The notes beneath the pieces were generated by a model. That model saw nothing but the letters and a program-made list of their open reading frames with translations. It was not told where the DNA came from and made no database searches. A stretch of 64,000 nucleotides of DNA, from positions 124,001 to 188,000 of the IMG/VR virus record IMGVR_UViG_3300020178_000002; one strand, written 5' to 3'. Below are positions 1 through 11,238 of the stretch, piece after piece; the stretch's first letter is position 1, and every line of letters begins with the position of its first letter. Made by a program: the position numbers and the translations under genes.

Positions 1-184
1 TTTCCTTTTTTTCTTTTGAAGTAAAAGTAAGTCTTTCTTCTTCTCAAGATACTCTAAGTTCTCAATGTTCTTTTCAAGCTCCTCTGAAAAATGATCTTTG
101 AGTTTAATTAGGTTTTCAAGCAAATCGCCTACTTGAGTACCCTCAAAGTTGACCTTAGTGCCCTCTGTCTGATTCCATTTATTC

Positions 185-3100
185 TCACTCATCTATGTCC
201 TCCAAAGCTTTTATGTCTGGGCTTGCCAGATCTATTCGAGAGAGCTTTTGTAAAGTACCCTCTACAGTATTAGTCCTTACCTTAATCCACCTGTTTCTCT
301 TCTCTCTAGCTTCCATAATAGAAAGACCAGAATTAAACAGTGAAGGCATACCTGTCACTAAAGTATGACCCTCATTAAGCATTTGAGGGTCTTCTACTAG
401 CAATCTTCTGTCTGGAACAGACAACATATCATCACTGAATGGGAATGAACCATCTCCAAGTATTGTCGAAATCAACAAATCATTTGAAGGGTGGGTGTTA
501 TCATTAACCCCTACCTTATCAATCAAATCTTCTGCTTCATATAAAGCCCAAGTTTGTCTTTCTAAAGGTATAGAGTTAAATTGCCTAATCTTATCAGCCC
601 AAGATAAGGTTCTCTCTCTAAAGAAGAAAACAAGAGCTGCTAAAGAATCATTAAGATAGGTCTTCCTCTTGTATATCTTGTAAGAGAATGGATGAATTGA
701 ATTAGGGTTAGCTGTGTAAGTTCCATTTTCAATACCAGATGTCACCCTTAGTTCATTTGAACTCACACCATTAACCAATGGTAAGAAATAATCTTCTGGA
801 TTATCATCTCCTGCATAAAACTCAACAGATATAGAGTTAGCTGTAAATGAAGTGATCTTATAAACACCTCTATTGTCATCCAAAGGACTAGGGCTACCAA
901 ACACCCCCTGTGAGTCATCACCTAAAGGTGGCTGACCATACTCATCTAAAGTGTTCGGAAGCAAACCTTGAGGATCTATGATCAAGTAATATAACTCTTG
1001 ATCATCTGCATTTAAGAGAAGATTGAAATCTACATTGGTGTCTGTTAGCTCATTTACTTGGTCTACACTTATCCCATCTACAGGCTCTGATGAATACACC
1101 TCTTCAAAGCCATGTGAGATGAACTTCTCAAAAGACTGTATTTCAGGTACTAAACTATCCCTAACCTCTACTTTAAAGTAAGAATGCAGGTCTGAAAGAG
1201 AACCCGAAACGACCTTACCTAATAAGTAGGTGTCGTCTACCTCTGAAACTCTAAACTTAAGAGTTTCATTGTCCTCTTCATCAAAACACCTTACTATATC
1301 TCCGATAGATACTGTGTCTGTAAAGAGACCTATGTTAGTACCCTGACCACTATAATCAAAGTAGTCCTCAACAGAAGCTAACCTTATTAAATCTCCCACT
1401 CTGTCTATCTGGCTAACAATCCCATATCTTTCATCATAAAGGAATCTAAAGCCTGTTAAAGTAGTATGAAGCCTTGTAAATAATTCACTAAATCTTCTAA
1501 GCCTACGAACTACAAAACCTACTTCTTCATAACCTACCCAACCTGTAGTGCCACTCACTGTGTAATCAGAAAAAGTCTTAACTTGTGAAGTAGGGTCACC
1601 CAATAAAACAGGCTCTGTACCTCTGTAATCTCTCCATAATTCTGGGAAAGAATTGTCTAAGTAAATACCCCTATAACTATTCACTGTGAATGTTATAATG
1701 TCCTCTGGTGTTATAAAGGCTTCACCATAGTCATTCCCTGCACCATCTAAGATGGAAGCAAAAGAAGCAGACCATGAACCCCCAAAAAGAACCCTCAAAG
1801 TATAAAGACCTGAAACTATAAAACCATCATATATGCTTGAAAGAGAACTTGAAGTACCTGTTAAACCACCAGCTACTTGTAAAGAGTAGTCAAAAGAACC
1901 CTCTACATCAACAATATGCAAAGAGCTGACTAAAGAAGTCTTAAGGGTATCAAATGAAAACTTATGAATACCAGCAATGGTCTGACCAGCACTGTCTAAA
2001 AGTGCTGGAAGCGAACTAAGAAGCAAAGATTGCCCATCTAAATACTCTGGGTCAGAACTTACCAAGAAAGAGCTTCCATCTAGGCTATCATATTCCAATC
2101 TCAATGCAGAAGTTGAGAAAGTCTGGTCATAAGCACCTAGAACCTCTGAACTTGGGGCAACAAGGTAATTGTCATTCAATAAGATTACAATCTCTCGATA
2201 GCCTGCATCATTGAAATGCAAACTTAGGTCTTCCATATCTGTCTCTATTCTGGCTACACCTAAGTCATAAGACACACTTGTTATGGTAGGGAATACAGCA
2301 CCTAATATAGAACTGTTTGTTAAAGATTCAGCAAAAGTTGATGAGTTATCTACCAACTCCACTGAACTTATTCTATGTGTTCCTGAGGCATGACCTTTAT
2401 CTAGATAAATTAAGTCTCCTATCTGAACATTCTCAAGGCTACCTAAATCTTCAGAAATCTCTCGAATGAAACCTCTAAAAGAAGAAAATGGAGCTAAAAC
2501 TGATGTGTATTTACCATACCTACCTGTACCTGATAAAATCTCACCAGACTCTTGTACCTCTGAGCCTACAAATAAAGATAAAGGAAGGTCAGACCTAGAT
2601 ATGTTGTGTAAAGATTTAAACCTAAGTCTATTTAAGTCAATGACCTCAATAAGCCCAGAATCAAACAGGTAAGGATCATAGCCCATCTTAGTGTTTGTAT
2701 TAATGTCTGACTCTATTAAAGTAAAACCACCACCCGACTCTTCTTTAACAAAAACACCAGAAGAAAGGATCTCAAAAACAGAGGTGACTTTCAGAGATGT
2801 CTGACCACCTCCTGCATCTAACAAGGTTTGTTCATTTGTGTTTGAATGTAAGGAGTTGAAATCGAAATCAGATATAAAATCAAGCCTGTTAGAATCAATA
2901 TAGTCAGAATTACTTAAGCCAAACTCAACATCAAGCCTGTAGTCTAAGTAGATTATAGGGTAATTATTGCCTAAGCCCATCTCTGCAACTCTTTCAGACC
3001 CTTGTCGAGTAAAGAATCTATATGCAATCACTGCACCCCAAAAATGAGATAAAGCTACTGAGTTGTAAAGCCAAGTTTCCCAAGCAGCATTAGATGGCCA

Positions 3101-6100
3101 ATTAACTTCCTCTGCCACAGTCAAGATGTTTGGTATCTGAGATTGTGTTATCTCTATGCTGTTAGCTGTATAGCCTGTCACTGATATGTTCTGTGCAAAA
3201 ACTTCTACACCATCATTGTTGACTGTTTTAATAAACCAACCAGCATCGTAAGTTAAAACAATCTGAAAAACAGAGTCTGGACCATAATAGTCATGGATCT
3301 TGATTGTTAAAGTACCACCATCAGTTGTTATCTTATCGAGTATTGAATCTATATTGTCATAGCCTGCAAATAAAATATCTGTAATTGAGCTATCCCAAGC
3401 AGATATTGAATTATTGTAGATCAACCTTTCTCTTACTGTCACACCTCTATCTAAATCTGATGCAAGCTCTACTGAAACATTTGTTAAAGAAAAAGAGTTT
3501 GCATCTGTGGGAGATTGGAAATGAGGCATTAGTAAATCCGTACCTTGTACCAAAGCCAACTCAGAGATCCCTGTAGCAGAACTACCTGCACCCAAAGACT
3601 CTGGCTTGATTAAGATCAAATCACCCTGTCTTGGACTTTGTAATGCATCTCCTGAAACAACAGAGAAATCTTCACTTGTAGTTAGGTAGCCAGATGCAAT
3701 CAGAGCACTGTTATCTCTTAAATCATCTGGGTAAACTGACTCTAAAACTCCATTATTACTTGCTTCAAGGAGAACTCTAGGGATTAACTTTTGGTTTTCA
3801 GCTAGTACATCTCTCTCGGAAAGACTCTTGAGATAAGGCAAGCTATAATCCCCTGCATCATTTACAGGCAATCCTTGTAAAGCTGGATATATAAAAGGGT
3901 CTACTGAATTATATACAAAGCTAGCCTTGCCCTCTAAAGCTGTAAGACCCTTTGGTACATTCTGATCTTCTATCTCTTTCCAAGGAAAGCTAGGGTCTTC
4001 AAAGCTAGGTAGAGAGATGTCTATGATTTCACCTGTGTTATACTTCAAGCCCACATCTGAACCGACTCTGTAAACATTCAGATTCTCCTCACTATCCAAG
4101 TCTTGATCTATGTTTTCAGATAAAGTGTCTCCAAGAACTATCTCTGCATCTGAAAGACTAACACCAGCCACCTCTAAAGTTCCTGAATTGCCATCTAAAA
4201 CAACCAAACACCCCGAAAGAAGCTTTGAGACTTTAGCTAATCTAGGCTTAGGTGGTACATCAAGACCAAACACAGAATCTAGCCTTGAAATATCACTAAC
4301 ATCAAGTATAGGCTGCATAAAATCTCCTACACTTAAAGAAAGATGTGTGCCTATACTCAAACCTTGAAAAACAAAGTCTGGGTTTCCTGTGGTAATGTCT
4401 GGTACAGAACCACCCTCTGAAATAAATCTAGCTGTATCTGGAAGCCCATTCAAATAAGGAAAATCATCAAGACTTACTGCTGATACAAGAAAAGTTGGCT
4501 GACCCTTAGATTGTAAATCAATCTCGGGAAAGCCATATGCAGAGTATGAAATAACCCTAAAGCGAGAAGGTCTTTTCTTTAATGTTAAAGAACTCAAGTT
4601 TGTTATCTGGCCTAGAGACAAGTTCTCTGCAAAAGCTATTACACTACCATTCGTGGTCTTGGCATCTCTGTCAGAATAAAGATCACCTGGAACAGTCACT
4701 GTTTGAATTTCTGTTTCAGTGGGAAATAGCCTACTGAAAATAGATGGCTCATAAGATTGCTGGTATTGAGGCAAATGACCATACCTCAAATGAGGATAAG
4801 GCAAAGTAATGTCTGTCTCTAAGCTTCTAGCCCAAGAGGTCATTACATAATCATCCATCTCATTCATGATAAGCTTCTTCTGATCCTCCATTAGACTCTT
4901 AAGAGTAGAAACATCTGGTGTCTTATCATCAACTTTAATTAAGTCAAATGCACTAGGATATAGATCAGAGTTTAAAGGATAAAGAAGCTCTTGTAGGACA
5001 TATCTAGGCTGAATCTCCCTTGTTAAAGGATCTTCTAAACCAGCACCGCCCCAATGACCTGCTTTCATTAAGTCAAACTTAAATCGACCATCTCTGTCTC
5101 CTACAACATCTCCTGTTGCCGTAGACATTATATCTTCAAGAGGTGAGACATATCCATCATAAAGCAGTACCCTAGATCGAGCCACCACATCTTCTGCAAG
5201 AATGTCATAGAAACTCAATGAACTACCATAGGTCACTGCACCATTTAATGTTCTCTTTGCACCATTCCCATTAGAGGATTGAACTCTCTTGATTAAATTG
5301 CCTGCAACTTCACCTGCATAAACATCCTCATCAACAACCCTTATGTTAAAGGTGTCTGGTGCATATACAAAACAACTAGTCTCTAAGTTTAAACCTTTAT
5401 ACTCAGAAGGCTGCTTAGAAGCCTTGTAGCTAATCTCATAACTTGGGTAACTTGCACGACCACCAGCTAAATAGATAGGGTTCAAACTTGTTAAAGCAGT
5501 ATGTAAGAAATAATAGCTTGTAGACTCTGAAACCCCTAAGCCTACGAGAATCACTAAACCTGTCTCTAAGTCTATCTTGTAGTCCTTGCCCTCTGATAAC
5601 TCGTAACCATAACCCTTCAAATGATCATATTTAATGAGGACATAAGGGTATTCAGAGATAACACCTGTTGAAACAGGCAAATTCTTCTCTCCCTCTTCCA
5701 ATATAGGTCTGTATGATACAATCAAAGAAGATGCGTCAGAAGTAAAACTGTGACCAAAACTAAATCCTTGTATAGTGATCAAGGTATAACCATCTTCGGT
5801 CAGTGTTGATTGTAGCACCTCATACAAAACACCCTCTACTCTCATCAGAGTTTGAGGCTTAAAGTAAGAAACAAAGTCTCCTTTGATTGTAAACTCTGGA
5901 CTCTTAGGCTTAGAGCGAAGCTCACAGCCCACTAAGGAAATAAATGCGTTTTGTCTGTCCACAGAGTCATAGGTCAATAGAGGTACTATAAACTTATAAA
6001 GCTTGCCTGCCTCTGTATTAGACCTACAAGGCAAAGTTGTTGTGATCTCGGATGATGAAACTGATGAAACCTCAAACCACTCAAGACCTACTTTGATCAA

Positions 6101-9100
6101 ATCCCCTGACTCAATCTCTCCTGTTAAGTCCACAGGTGTTAGGATTGTATTTGTGCCTTGGTCAATCTTAAACTTAGATGATAAAATCGAACCCGAAAGA
6201 CGAACCGCCTGTTCGCCCCCTATCGAACTTTTTACACCATAAGACACCTTGACCTTAGACTCAAGACTTACAGGCTCTCTAAAGGTAATCTGAGAGCCTG
6301 TAAAGGTGTATTCAAAACTTCTAAGCTTACGACTGTCTATATAAATAGATGGACTTAGATCAAACTCTACATCTCGACCCTCAGAATTGAATGTGTATCT
6401 CTTGTCTGATTGCCTAACGGCTTCCTCTCCCGAAACATAAAAAACCAATGTCTCAATCAAATCTTCACCATCAAGACTTGTATACAAAACCTCAAGACCA
6501 ATACCAGAATCCAAAGGCTCACTGAAACTTATAGAACCACTCGTTGGATTAAAGCTCACACCCAAAGTCTGAACCAAGAAAGAATCAAGACTTGCAAAAG
6601 GTGAACTAAGATCATCTCCAGATAAACTGACCTCTGCAATATCCTCTAAGTTTTCTCTAGGCTCTCTTATTAAGATTACATCTGATGTCACCCAATCTGA
6701 TTCAAACCAAGTCTCGCCATCCCACTCCTGAAAAACAAACCTGCCAGAGCTAGTAATAAACCTAAGATTGTCTACAGAAACTCCATCTCTATAATCAACA
6801 CCATCTACCCTAAGCCTATAAGAGTCTGACAATATATGAACGTCTTCTACATCATAATTGTAGTAAGGTGTCTTTTCCACATTCTCCTCTCGCAAAACCA
6901 CTAAAGGACAATCTTGCTCTCCACTCCTTATTAACAGCTTAGATTTAAAGTCTCTCACCTCGTCTAGTCTCAAAGTAGAGTAAACCTTATAAACCTCAAC
7001 ATCATCACTCGCTGAATAGGACTTCAAGACCTCTCCCGATAACCTAGTCAAGTCTGGTGTCTCTCCCTCAACTAAACCTTCCCTATAACCTCTCAAACAA
7101 GACCATATACCCTCTCCACTCACTAAGTCTGATGAACTTAAAGTAAACTGACCACCACCCATCACACTTTCTACTTTTACATAAAAGCTGCCCCAAGATA
7201 TAAAGTCACCTGCCCTAATTAAAGAAGAATCACCTAAAAGAGAATAAAGGCCAGAGCCTAAGTTTGTTAATGAATAACCTCGAGCTACCTCTGAACCAAG
7301 ATCTTTCTTTAATCTCAGAACTCCTTGCCTTATGTCATAGTCAACACCCTCTGTAAAAGTATCTTCTGTAAACCCTGCATCTCCAAAGTCACTCTTTACT
7401 TTTAAACTCGTACTGCCCTCAATTACACCATAGTCCAAGTTGATTGTAGATAAAGGCTCTCTTACTGAACCTCTCAAAGAACCTGAACCTATCCAATCAA
7501 AACCTAAACTGTTTACTCGATAGTCCTCTCCCTCTATTAACTTGTTCTCACCAGCCTTGTAATAACCACCATCACTATAACCACCTAAGTCTTGTCTAGG
7601 TCGGAAATTCAAAAACTGCTGCGTAGATACATCATTCACAACACCAATAGACTCTGAATCATATCTCTCATAACCCTTAACTGTACTGCCTAGCAGGTTC
7701 ATATATAAACCATTATGGCCACCTGGCATTAAACCCAATCCCTTTAACAAAATACGCTCTGACTCTGTAGATGGATAAGATACCTCATAACCCTCTTTGA
7801 TTAAAATATGACCACCTATGAAATCAACCCCATCACTACCAACAACACCTGACCTAGTGAAATCACAAACATCACCATTTGTTAGCCTAAAACTACCACT
7901 CTCCACTAACCAATTCTTCTCACTTAATTGGCTGGCATAAACTCCACCTAAACAACCTACACGACCACCATATAACTTATGACCCTCTGTCGAGACTAAC
8001 TTAGACCAACTACTCGCTAAATATACCCGACTGCCTAATATATAACCCACATTCCTATCCAACACCTTAGGCAAATCTTTAACAAATAAACACTCCAATA
8101 ACTCAGAGCCTATACCCACCCAATAACGCTTCTCACTGTAAGATAAAACTAACCTACTACCATCACTCTCAAAACCACTAGGCTCTACACCACTAGGCTC
8201 TACACCACTACCATCAGGTACAAAATCTAATGGTATATCCACTGAACCTACCACCTGACCTAAATCATAACCCACTAAGTCCAAACCACTGTGACCCAAT
8301 ACTAAACCATCATAAGATAAACCCTCTGATTCTATTGCACCATAGCTTATTCGACCATCTTCCAATAACTCCACAACTCCCCTCTCTATCTCCTCACTAA
8401 AATCTAAAACCCGAATAACCTCCATATAACCCCTATCACCATCTCTCAATAAAGGTGTCTCTATCACCGAAGGACAAGGAGATAAATATGAACCTCGACT
8501 TACCAAACTACCCTTTTCCTCTAAACCCTCTTGCCTTAAGTAAATCACTTCCTCTCCTAAATGACCCACTACTCCCAACTCTCCAGAGGGTGTATATACC
8601 ACCCCCTCTACTCCCTCTGGAATCTCACCACCATCACTTATTAAAGGGATCTCTAAACCACCTATCTCATAACTCTCTCCACCTAAAATTAATCGACCCT
8701 CTAAGCCCACAACCCCCAAATCATCACCAACTACTCCTATACTCTCTCCCTCTGTTCCCATCAATAATGACCAACTACTCCCTGACCAATAATACCTAGA
8801 ACGCTCTATGTCATTTCTAGTCCACCAAAAACCTAAACCCACTAAACCTAAACCAACATCTAAATCTGATCTGTCACTCTCTACTACTGTACCCCTATAC
8901 AATAACCTTAAACTACTACCCAAATCATCAAACACTTCCGATACAAGACCATCCCTCAAACCCGTACCATAATAATGCTTCTCTCCAACTGCATAAAGAT
9001 ATGTAAAAGATATATCCCGACTCTCTACCCCTATCTCCCCATCTCCTGCACTTATATATAAAATGTCTCCTAAATCTCCACCTATGAAATAATCCTCTCG

Positions 9101-9208
9101 ACCCTTTAATAAACCATCCTTATATGAATTGTCTAAACTCCTTAAAGCCAGAGAAGTTGAAGGACTATTGTCGTCACCACTGCGTACATCTAATATGATC
9201 TTGCTCAT
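185..9208 (-). CDS. Very large (3007 aa) putative virion structural protein (baseplate/tail-associated)
   Basis: 9 kb uninterrupted ORF, rich in G/S/D/V/L, with repeated beta-type segments (e.g. LIEGEDYRV, FTEGVDYDI, LSEGKDYKID); phage context. No enzyme motif recognised. Confidence 0.55.
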   Translation of the reverse strand: MSKIILDVRSGDDNSPSTSLALRSLDNSYKDGLLKGREDYFIGGDLGDILYISAGDGEIGVESRDISFTYLYAVGEKHYYGTGLRDGLVSEVFDDLGSSLRLLYRGTVVESDRSDLDVGLGLVGLGFWWTRNDIERSRYYWSGSSWSLLMGTEGESIGVVGDDLGVVGLEGRLILGGESYEIGGLEIPLISDGGEIPEGVEGVVYTPSGELGVVGHLGEEVIYLRQEGLEEKGSLVSRGSYLSPCPSVIETPLLRDGDRGYMEVIRVLDFSEEIERGVVELLEDGRISYGAIESEGLSYDGLVLGHSGLDLVGYDLGQVVGSVDIPLDFVPDGSGVEPSGVEPSGFESDGSRLVLSYSEKRYWVGIGSELLECLFVKDLPKVLDRNVGYILGSRVYLASSWSKLVSTEGHKLYGGRVGCLGGVYASQLSEKNWLVESGSFRLTNGDVCDFTRSGVVGSDGVDFIGGHILIKEGYEVSYPSTESERILLKGLGLMPGGHNGLYMNLLGSTVKGYERYDSESIGVVNDVSTQQFLNFRPRQDLGGYSDGGYYKAGENKLIEGEDYRVNSLGFDWIGSGSLRGSVREPLSTINLDYGVIEGSTSLKVKSDFGDAGFTEDTFTEGVDYDIRQGVLRLKKDLGSEVARGYSLTNLGSGLYSLLGDSSLIRAGDFISWGSFYVKVESVMGGGQFTLSSSDLVSGEGIWSCLRGYREGLVEGETPDLTRLSGEVLKSYSASDDVEVYKVYSTLRLDEVRDFKSKLLIRSGEQDCPLVVLREENVEKTPYYNYDVEDVHILSDSYRLRVDGVDYRDGVSVDNLRFITSSGRFVFQEWDGETWFESDWVTSDVILIREPRENLEDIAEVSLSGDDLSSPFASLDSFLVQTLGVSFNPTSGSISFSEPLDSGIGLEVLYTSLDGEDLIETLVFYVSGEEAVRQSDKRYTFNSEGRDVEFDLSPSIYIDSRKLRSFEYTFTGSQITFREPVSLESKVKVSYGVKSSIGGEQAVRLSGSILSSKFKIDQGTNTILTPVDLTGEIESGDLIKVGLEWFEVSSVSSSEITTTLPCRSNTEAGKLYKFIVPLLTYDSVDRQNAFISLVGCELRSKPKSPEFTIKGDFVSYFKPQTLMRVEGVLYEVLQSTLTEDGYTLITIQGFSFGHSFTSDASSLIVSYRPILEEGEKNLPVSTGVISEYPYVLIKYDHLKGYGYELSEGKDYKIDLETGLVILVGLGVSESTSYYFLHTALTSLNPIYLAGGRASYPSYEISYKASKQPSEYKGLNLETSCFVYAPDTFNIRVVDEDVYAGEVAGNLIKRVQSSNGNGAKRTLNGAVTYGSSLSFYDILAEDVVARSRVLLYDGYVSPLEDIMSTATGDVVGDRDGRFKFDLMKAGHWGGAGLEDPLTREIQPRYVLQELLYPLNSDLYPSAFDLIKVDDKTPDVSTLKSLMEDQKKLIMNEMDDYVMTSWARSLETDITLPYPHLRYGHLPQYQQSYEPSIFSRLFPTETEIQTVTVPGDLYSDRDAKTTNGSVIAFAENLSLGQITNLSSLTLKKRPSRFRVISYSAYGFPEIDLQSKGQPTFLVSAVSLDDFPYLNGLPDTARFISEGGSVPDITTGNPDFVFQGLSIGTHLSLSVGDFMQPILDVSDISRLDSVFGLDVPPKPRLAKVSKLLSGCLVVLDGNSGTLEVAGVSLSDAEIVLGDTLSENIDQDLDSEENLNVYRVGSDVGLKYNTGEIIDISLPSFEDPSFPWKEIEDQNVPKGLTALEGKASFVYNSVDPFIYPALQGLPVNDAGDYSLPYLKSLSERDVLAENQKLIPRVLLEASNNGVLESVYPDDLRDNSALIASGYLTTSEDFSVVSGDALQSPRQGDLILIKPESLGAGSSATGISELALVQGTDLLMPHFQSPTDANSFSLTNVSVELASDLDRGVTVRERLIYNNSISAWDSSITDILFAGYDNIDSILDKITTDGGTLTIKIHDYYGPDSVFQIVLTYDAGWFIKTVNNDGVEVFAQNISVTGYTANSIEITQSQIPNILTVAEEVNWPSNAAWETWLYNSVALSHFWGAVIAYRFFTRQGSERVAEMGLGNNYPIIYLDYRLDVEFGLSNSDYIDSNRLDFISDFDFNSLHSNTNEQTLLDAGGGQTSLKVTSVFEILSSGVFVKEESGGGFTLIESDINTNTKMGYDPYLFDSGLIEVIDLNRLRFKSLHNISRSDLPLSLFVGSEVQESGEILSGTGRYGKYTSVLAPFSSFRGFIREISEDLGSLENVQIGDLIYLDKGHASGTHRISSVELVDNSSTFAESLTNSSILGAVFPTITSVSYDLGVARIETDMEDLSLHFNDAGYREIVILLNDNYLVAPSSEVLGAYDQTFSTSALRLEYDSLDGSSFLVSSDPEYLDGQSLLLSSLPALLDSAGQTIAGIHKFSFDTLKTSLVSSLHIVDVEGSFDYSLQVAGGLTGTSSSLSSIYDGFIVSGLYTLRVLFGGSWSASFASILDGAGNDYGEAFITPEDIITFTVNSYRGIYLDNSFPELWRDYRGTEPVLLGDPTSQVKTFSDYTVSGTTGWVGYEEVGFVVRRLRRFSELFTRLHTTLTGFRFLYDERYGIVSQIDRVGDLIRLASVEDYFDYSGQGTNIGLFTDTVSIGDIVRCFDEEDNETLKFRVSEVDDTYLLGKVVSGSLSDLHSYFKVEVRDSLVPEIQSFEKFISHGFEEVYSSEPVDGISVDQVNELTDTNVDFNLLLNADDQELYYLIIDPQGLLPNTLDEYGQPPLGDDSQGVFGSPSPLDDNRGVYKITSFTANSISVEFYAGDDNPEDYFLPLVNGVSSNELRVTSGIENGTYTANPNSIHPFSYKIYKRKTYLNDSLAALVFFFRERTLSWADKIRQFNSIPLERQTWALYEAEDLIDKVGVNDNTHPSNDLLISTILGDGSFPFSDDMLSVPDRRLLVEDPQMLNEGHTLVTGMPSLFNSGLSIMEAREKRNRWIKVRTNTVEGTLQKLSRIDLASPDIKALEDIDE

Positions 9209-9217
9209 TATGTTTTC

Positions 9218-9793
9218 CTAATAAAGTAAAGCCTGTATCGGTAAAGAAGCTGGAGAAGATGGCTGACTCGGTACTCCTATTACCACTCCCGATAATACCT
9301 GACCAAGCTTCAGTAAGCTGTAGATACCTTGAGCTATACCAAAACAAATCTTCTCAGAGAAAATTATACCCTCTCCCTTTAACGAACTATTTAACAAAAC
9401 TTGCAAACTCCCTAAGTCGCAAACTAAGTTTAAACCCGTTCCTGTAAATGCCCCTACTCCCAAACCTGAAGATATACCACCAAGACTATAAGAACCCTTT
9501 ATACCCATTGTTAAAGATAAAGCTAAGTCCTTGGCCAATACTCCCTGTATACCATTACTCACAAAGCTACCTATCACAACATCTAGGCTTAAAGGTACTA
9601 TAAACTGACCCTGTATAGTTCCACTTAAACCCACTAAACCCTCTCCCTTTGTAGCTAACACCACTGTCTTAAGCCAACTCGAATAACCCAGAGAGATTCC
9701 TGTACTGACCATCTTCTGAAATTCAAAAGATGAAAGCCCTTTGACAGGATAACCATTAAAGCTACTCAAGCTTATGTCCAATATGCTTTTCAA
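9218..9793 (-). CDS. Gly-rich hypothetical protein, possibly baseplate/spike-associated
   Basis: 191-aa ORF co-oriented with, and 9 bp upstream of, the 3007-aa gene. TTG start is uncertain. Confidence 0.45.
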   Translation of the reverse strand: MKSILDISLSSFNGYPVKGLSSFEFQKMVSTGISLGYSSWLKTVVLATKGEGLVGLSGTIQGQFIVPLSLDVVIGSFVSNGIQGVLAKDLALSLTMGIKGSYSLGGISSGLGVGAFTGTGLNLVCDLGSLQVLLNSSLKGEGIIFSEKICFGIAQGIYSLLKLGQVLSGVVIGVPSQPSSPASLPIQALLY

Positions 9794-9967
9794 TGCTATA
9801 CCCTACCACTTTTTCAGTTGTCAATGCACCTTGTCTGTAAGACTCAGTGCAGGACACTGTTCTTTTTATAGCCTTAGTGCAGAATATAAATAAAGTACAA
9901 AATATATTAAACCCACAGAGAAAATGATCAAGGATTTTGATTTTTATTTTTGAACAGTTGCTAGGGC

Positions 9968-9992
9968 AAAAAAAAAGACCCCGAAGGGTCTT
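9968..9992 (-). terminator. Intrinsic terminator
   Basis: Minus strand reads AAGACCC-TTCG-GGGTCTT followed by a T run, just after the stop of 9999..10571. Confidence 0.9.
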
Positions 9993-9998
9993 GTAAGT

Positions 9999-10571
9999 CT
10001 ATATGAGTGTTACCTTTGAAATGGGTACTATACTAGACAAACCATAGTCATCAGCCCAATAAATAAATCCCATTGCGATACCATTAGGGTTAGTCTTCTC
10101 TTGTTGAAAAGGTCTCATAATATGGCCTATTGAGTTTGGTACATCTGTATGTTGTACTAAGGCATCTTTTGTATATAGGTTTATCGAGTCTGAGTGGGTA
10201 ATAGAAACAGCATTCTTTAGCAGGTCAGCTTGACCAGGTGCTGGTATAACAGGTTTCAATGTATCAGTTTTCTGTAATTTGAGATCACCTGTTTCGAGGC
10301 ATTGTATTCTAGTGAAGTTATCTTTGATCAGAGTAACGAAGTAAGTTTTGTTAACAAAGCAAAAGGTAGAGATTTCTTTTGGAGTATTTTGGGTTCTCCA
10401 TTCTCTTAGGAATTTGTTTACTTCTCTCTCATCAATGAGTTCTTTTACTAGTTCTGGATCAATGCCCCTGAAGGGGGCATGAGATGCATCTTTATATGGT
10501 TTGTGCTCTGGTTCTGTGCCATGAATGGCTTTGTATGTATTCAGAGCTTGTTCATATAGTAGAGTTTGCAT
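9999..10571 (-). CDS. Hypothetical protein, paralog of 10552..11238 (shared ~60-aa N-terminal module)
   Basis: N-terminus LYEQALNTYKAIHGTEPEHKPYKDASHAPFRGIDPELVKELIDEREVNKFLREW is nearly identical to the neighbour's. Confidence 0.8.
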   Translation of the reverse strand: MQTLLYEQALNTYKAIHGTEPEHKPYKDASHAPFRGIDPELVKELIDEREVNKFLREWRTQNTPKEISTFCFVNKTYFVTLIKDNFTRIQCLETGDLKLQKTDTLKPVIPAPGQADLLKNAVSITHSDSINLYTKDALVQHTDVPNSIGHIMRPFQQEKTNPNGIAMGFIYWADDYGLSSIVPISKVTLI

Positions 10572-11238
10572 CAGTAGAGATTTCCCCGATAAGGCAATGT
10601 TTAGAGTGATATGAGAACCATATTTTCACTATACCGTTTTCAAAAGGCTGTTTATAATCAATGCTGTGATATTGCATAGAAAGAATCCCTTTTCCTCTAT
10701 AAAAGAGTGTTGGTTGTTCTATGTGTTTAAAATGATTTTGATGGTAGTCTTTGCAAAAGATTTCCATAACACCTTTTTTTGGATAAAAGTATTTTTCAAC
10801 CAGATCTTTTTCTGAGGGTAGGAAGATTCGGCTTCTTAGAGAGCTTGCCTTTTCATAGCTAGTAAGCTGACCTACTGTATTAAAATCTTCGTTATAATCA
10901 GGGTCAGAGACTTTTTCATGGTAGGCTAGTAAGTCAATGGTTTTTACATGCACCTGGGATGTCTCTTGATTTGGCAAGCAAATGGAAGATGGCCGCCTTC
11001 GACTTTTAAAAGGTACAAAGTCATTGCTGGCATGGGCAAAGTCAATTTCTTGAGGTTTGTTTTCTTTCTTCCATTCTCTTAGGAACTTTTTTACTTCTCT
11101 TTCATCCACAAGTTCTTTTACTAGTTCAGGATCAATGCCCCTGAAGGGGGTATGAGAAGCATCTTTATATGGAAGATGGTCAGGTTCTGTGCCATGAATA
11201 GCTTTGTATGTGCTTAGAGCTTGGTTGTATAGGTTCAT
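10552..11238 (-). CDS. Hypothetical protein, paralog of 9999..10571
   Basis: Start moved to ATG 11238 (MNLYNQAL): TAATG overlap with the upstream stop, GGAG SD, and alignment with the paralog. Confidence 0.8.
   Translation of the reverse strand: MNLYNQALSTYKAIHGTEPDHLPYKDASHTPFRGIDPELVKELVDEREVKKFLREWKKENKPQEIDFAHASNDFVPFKSRRRPSSICLPNQETSQVHVKTIDLLAYHEKVSDPDYNEDFNTVGQLTSYEKASSLRSRIFLPSEKDLVEKYFYPKKGVMEIFCKDYHQNHFKHIEQPTLFYRGKGILSMQYHSIDYKQPFENGIVKIWFSYHSKHCLIGEISTDANSTI

Noticed and set aside
9793-9830. Possible frameshift extending the 191-aa gene upstream
   Set aside because: A one-base change in a G run would add only a few codons; cannot be supported without reads or homologs.
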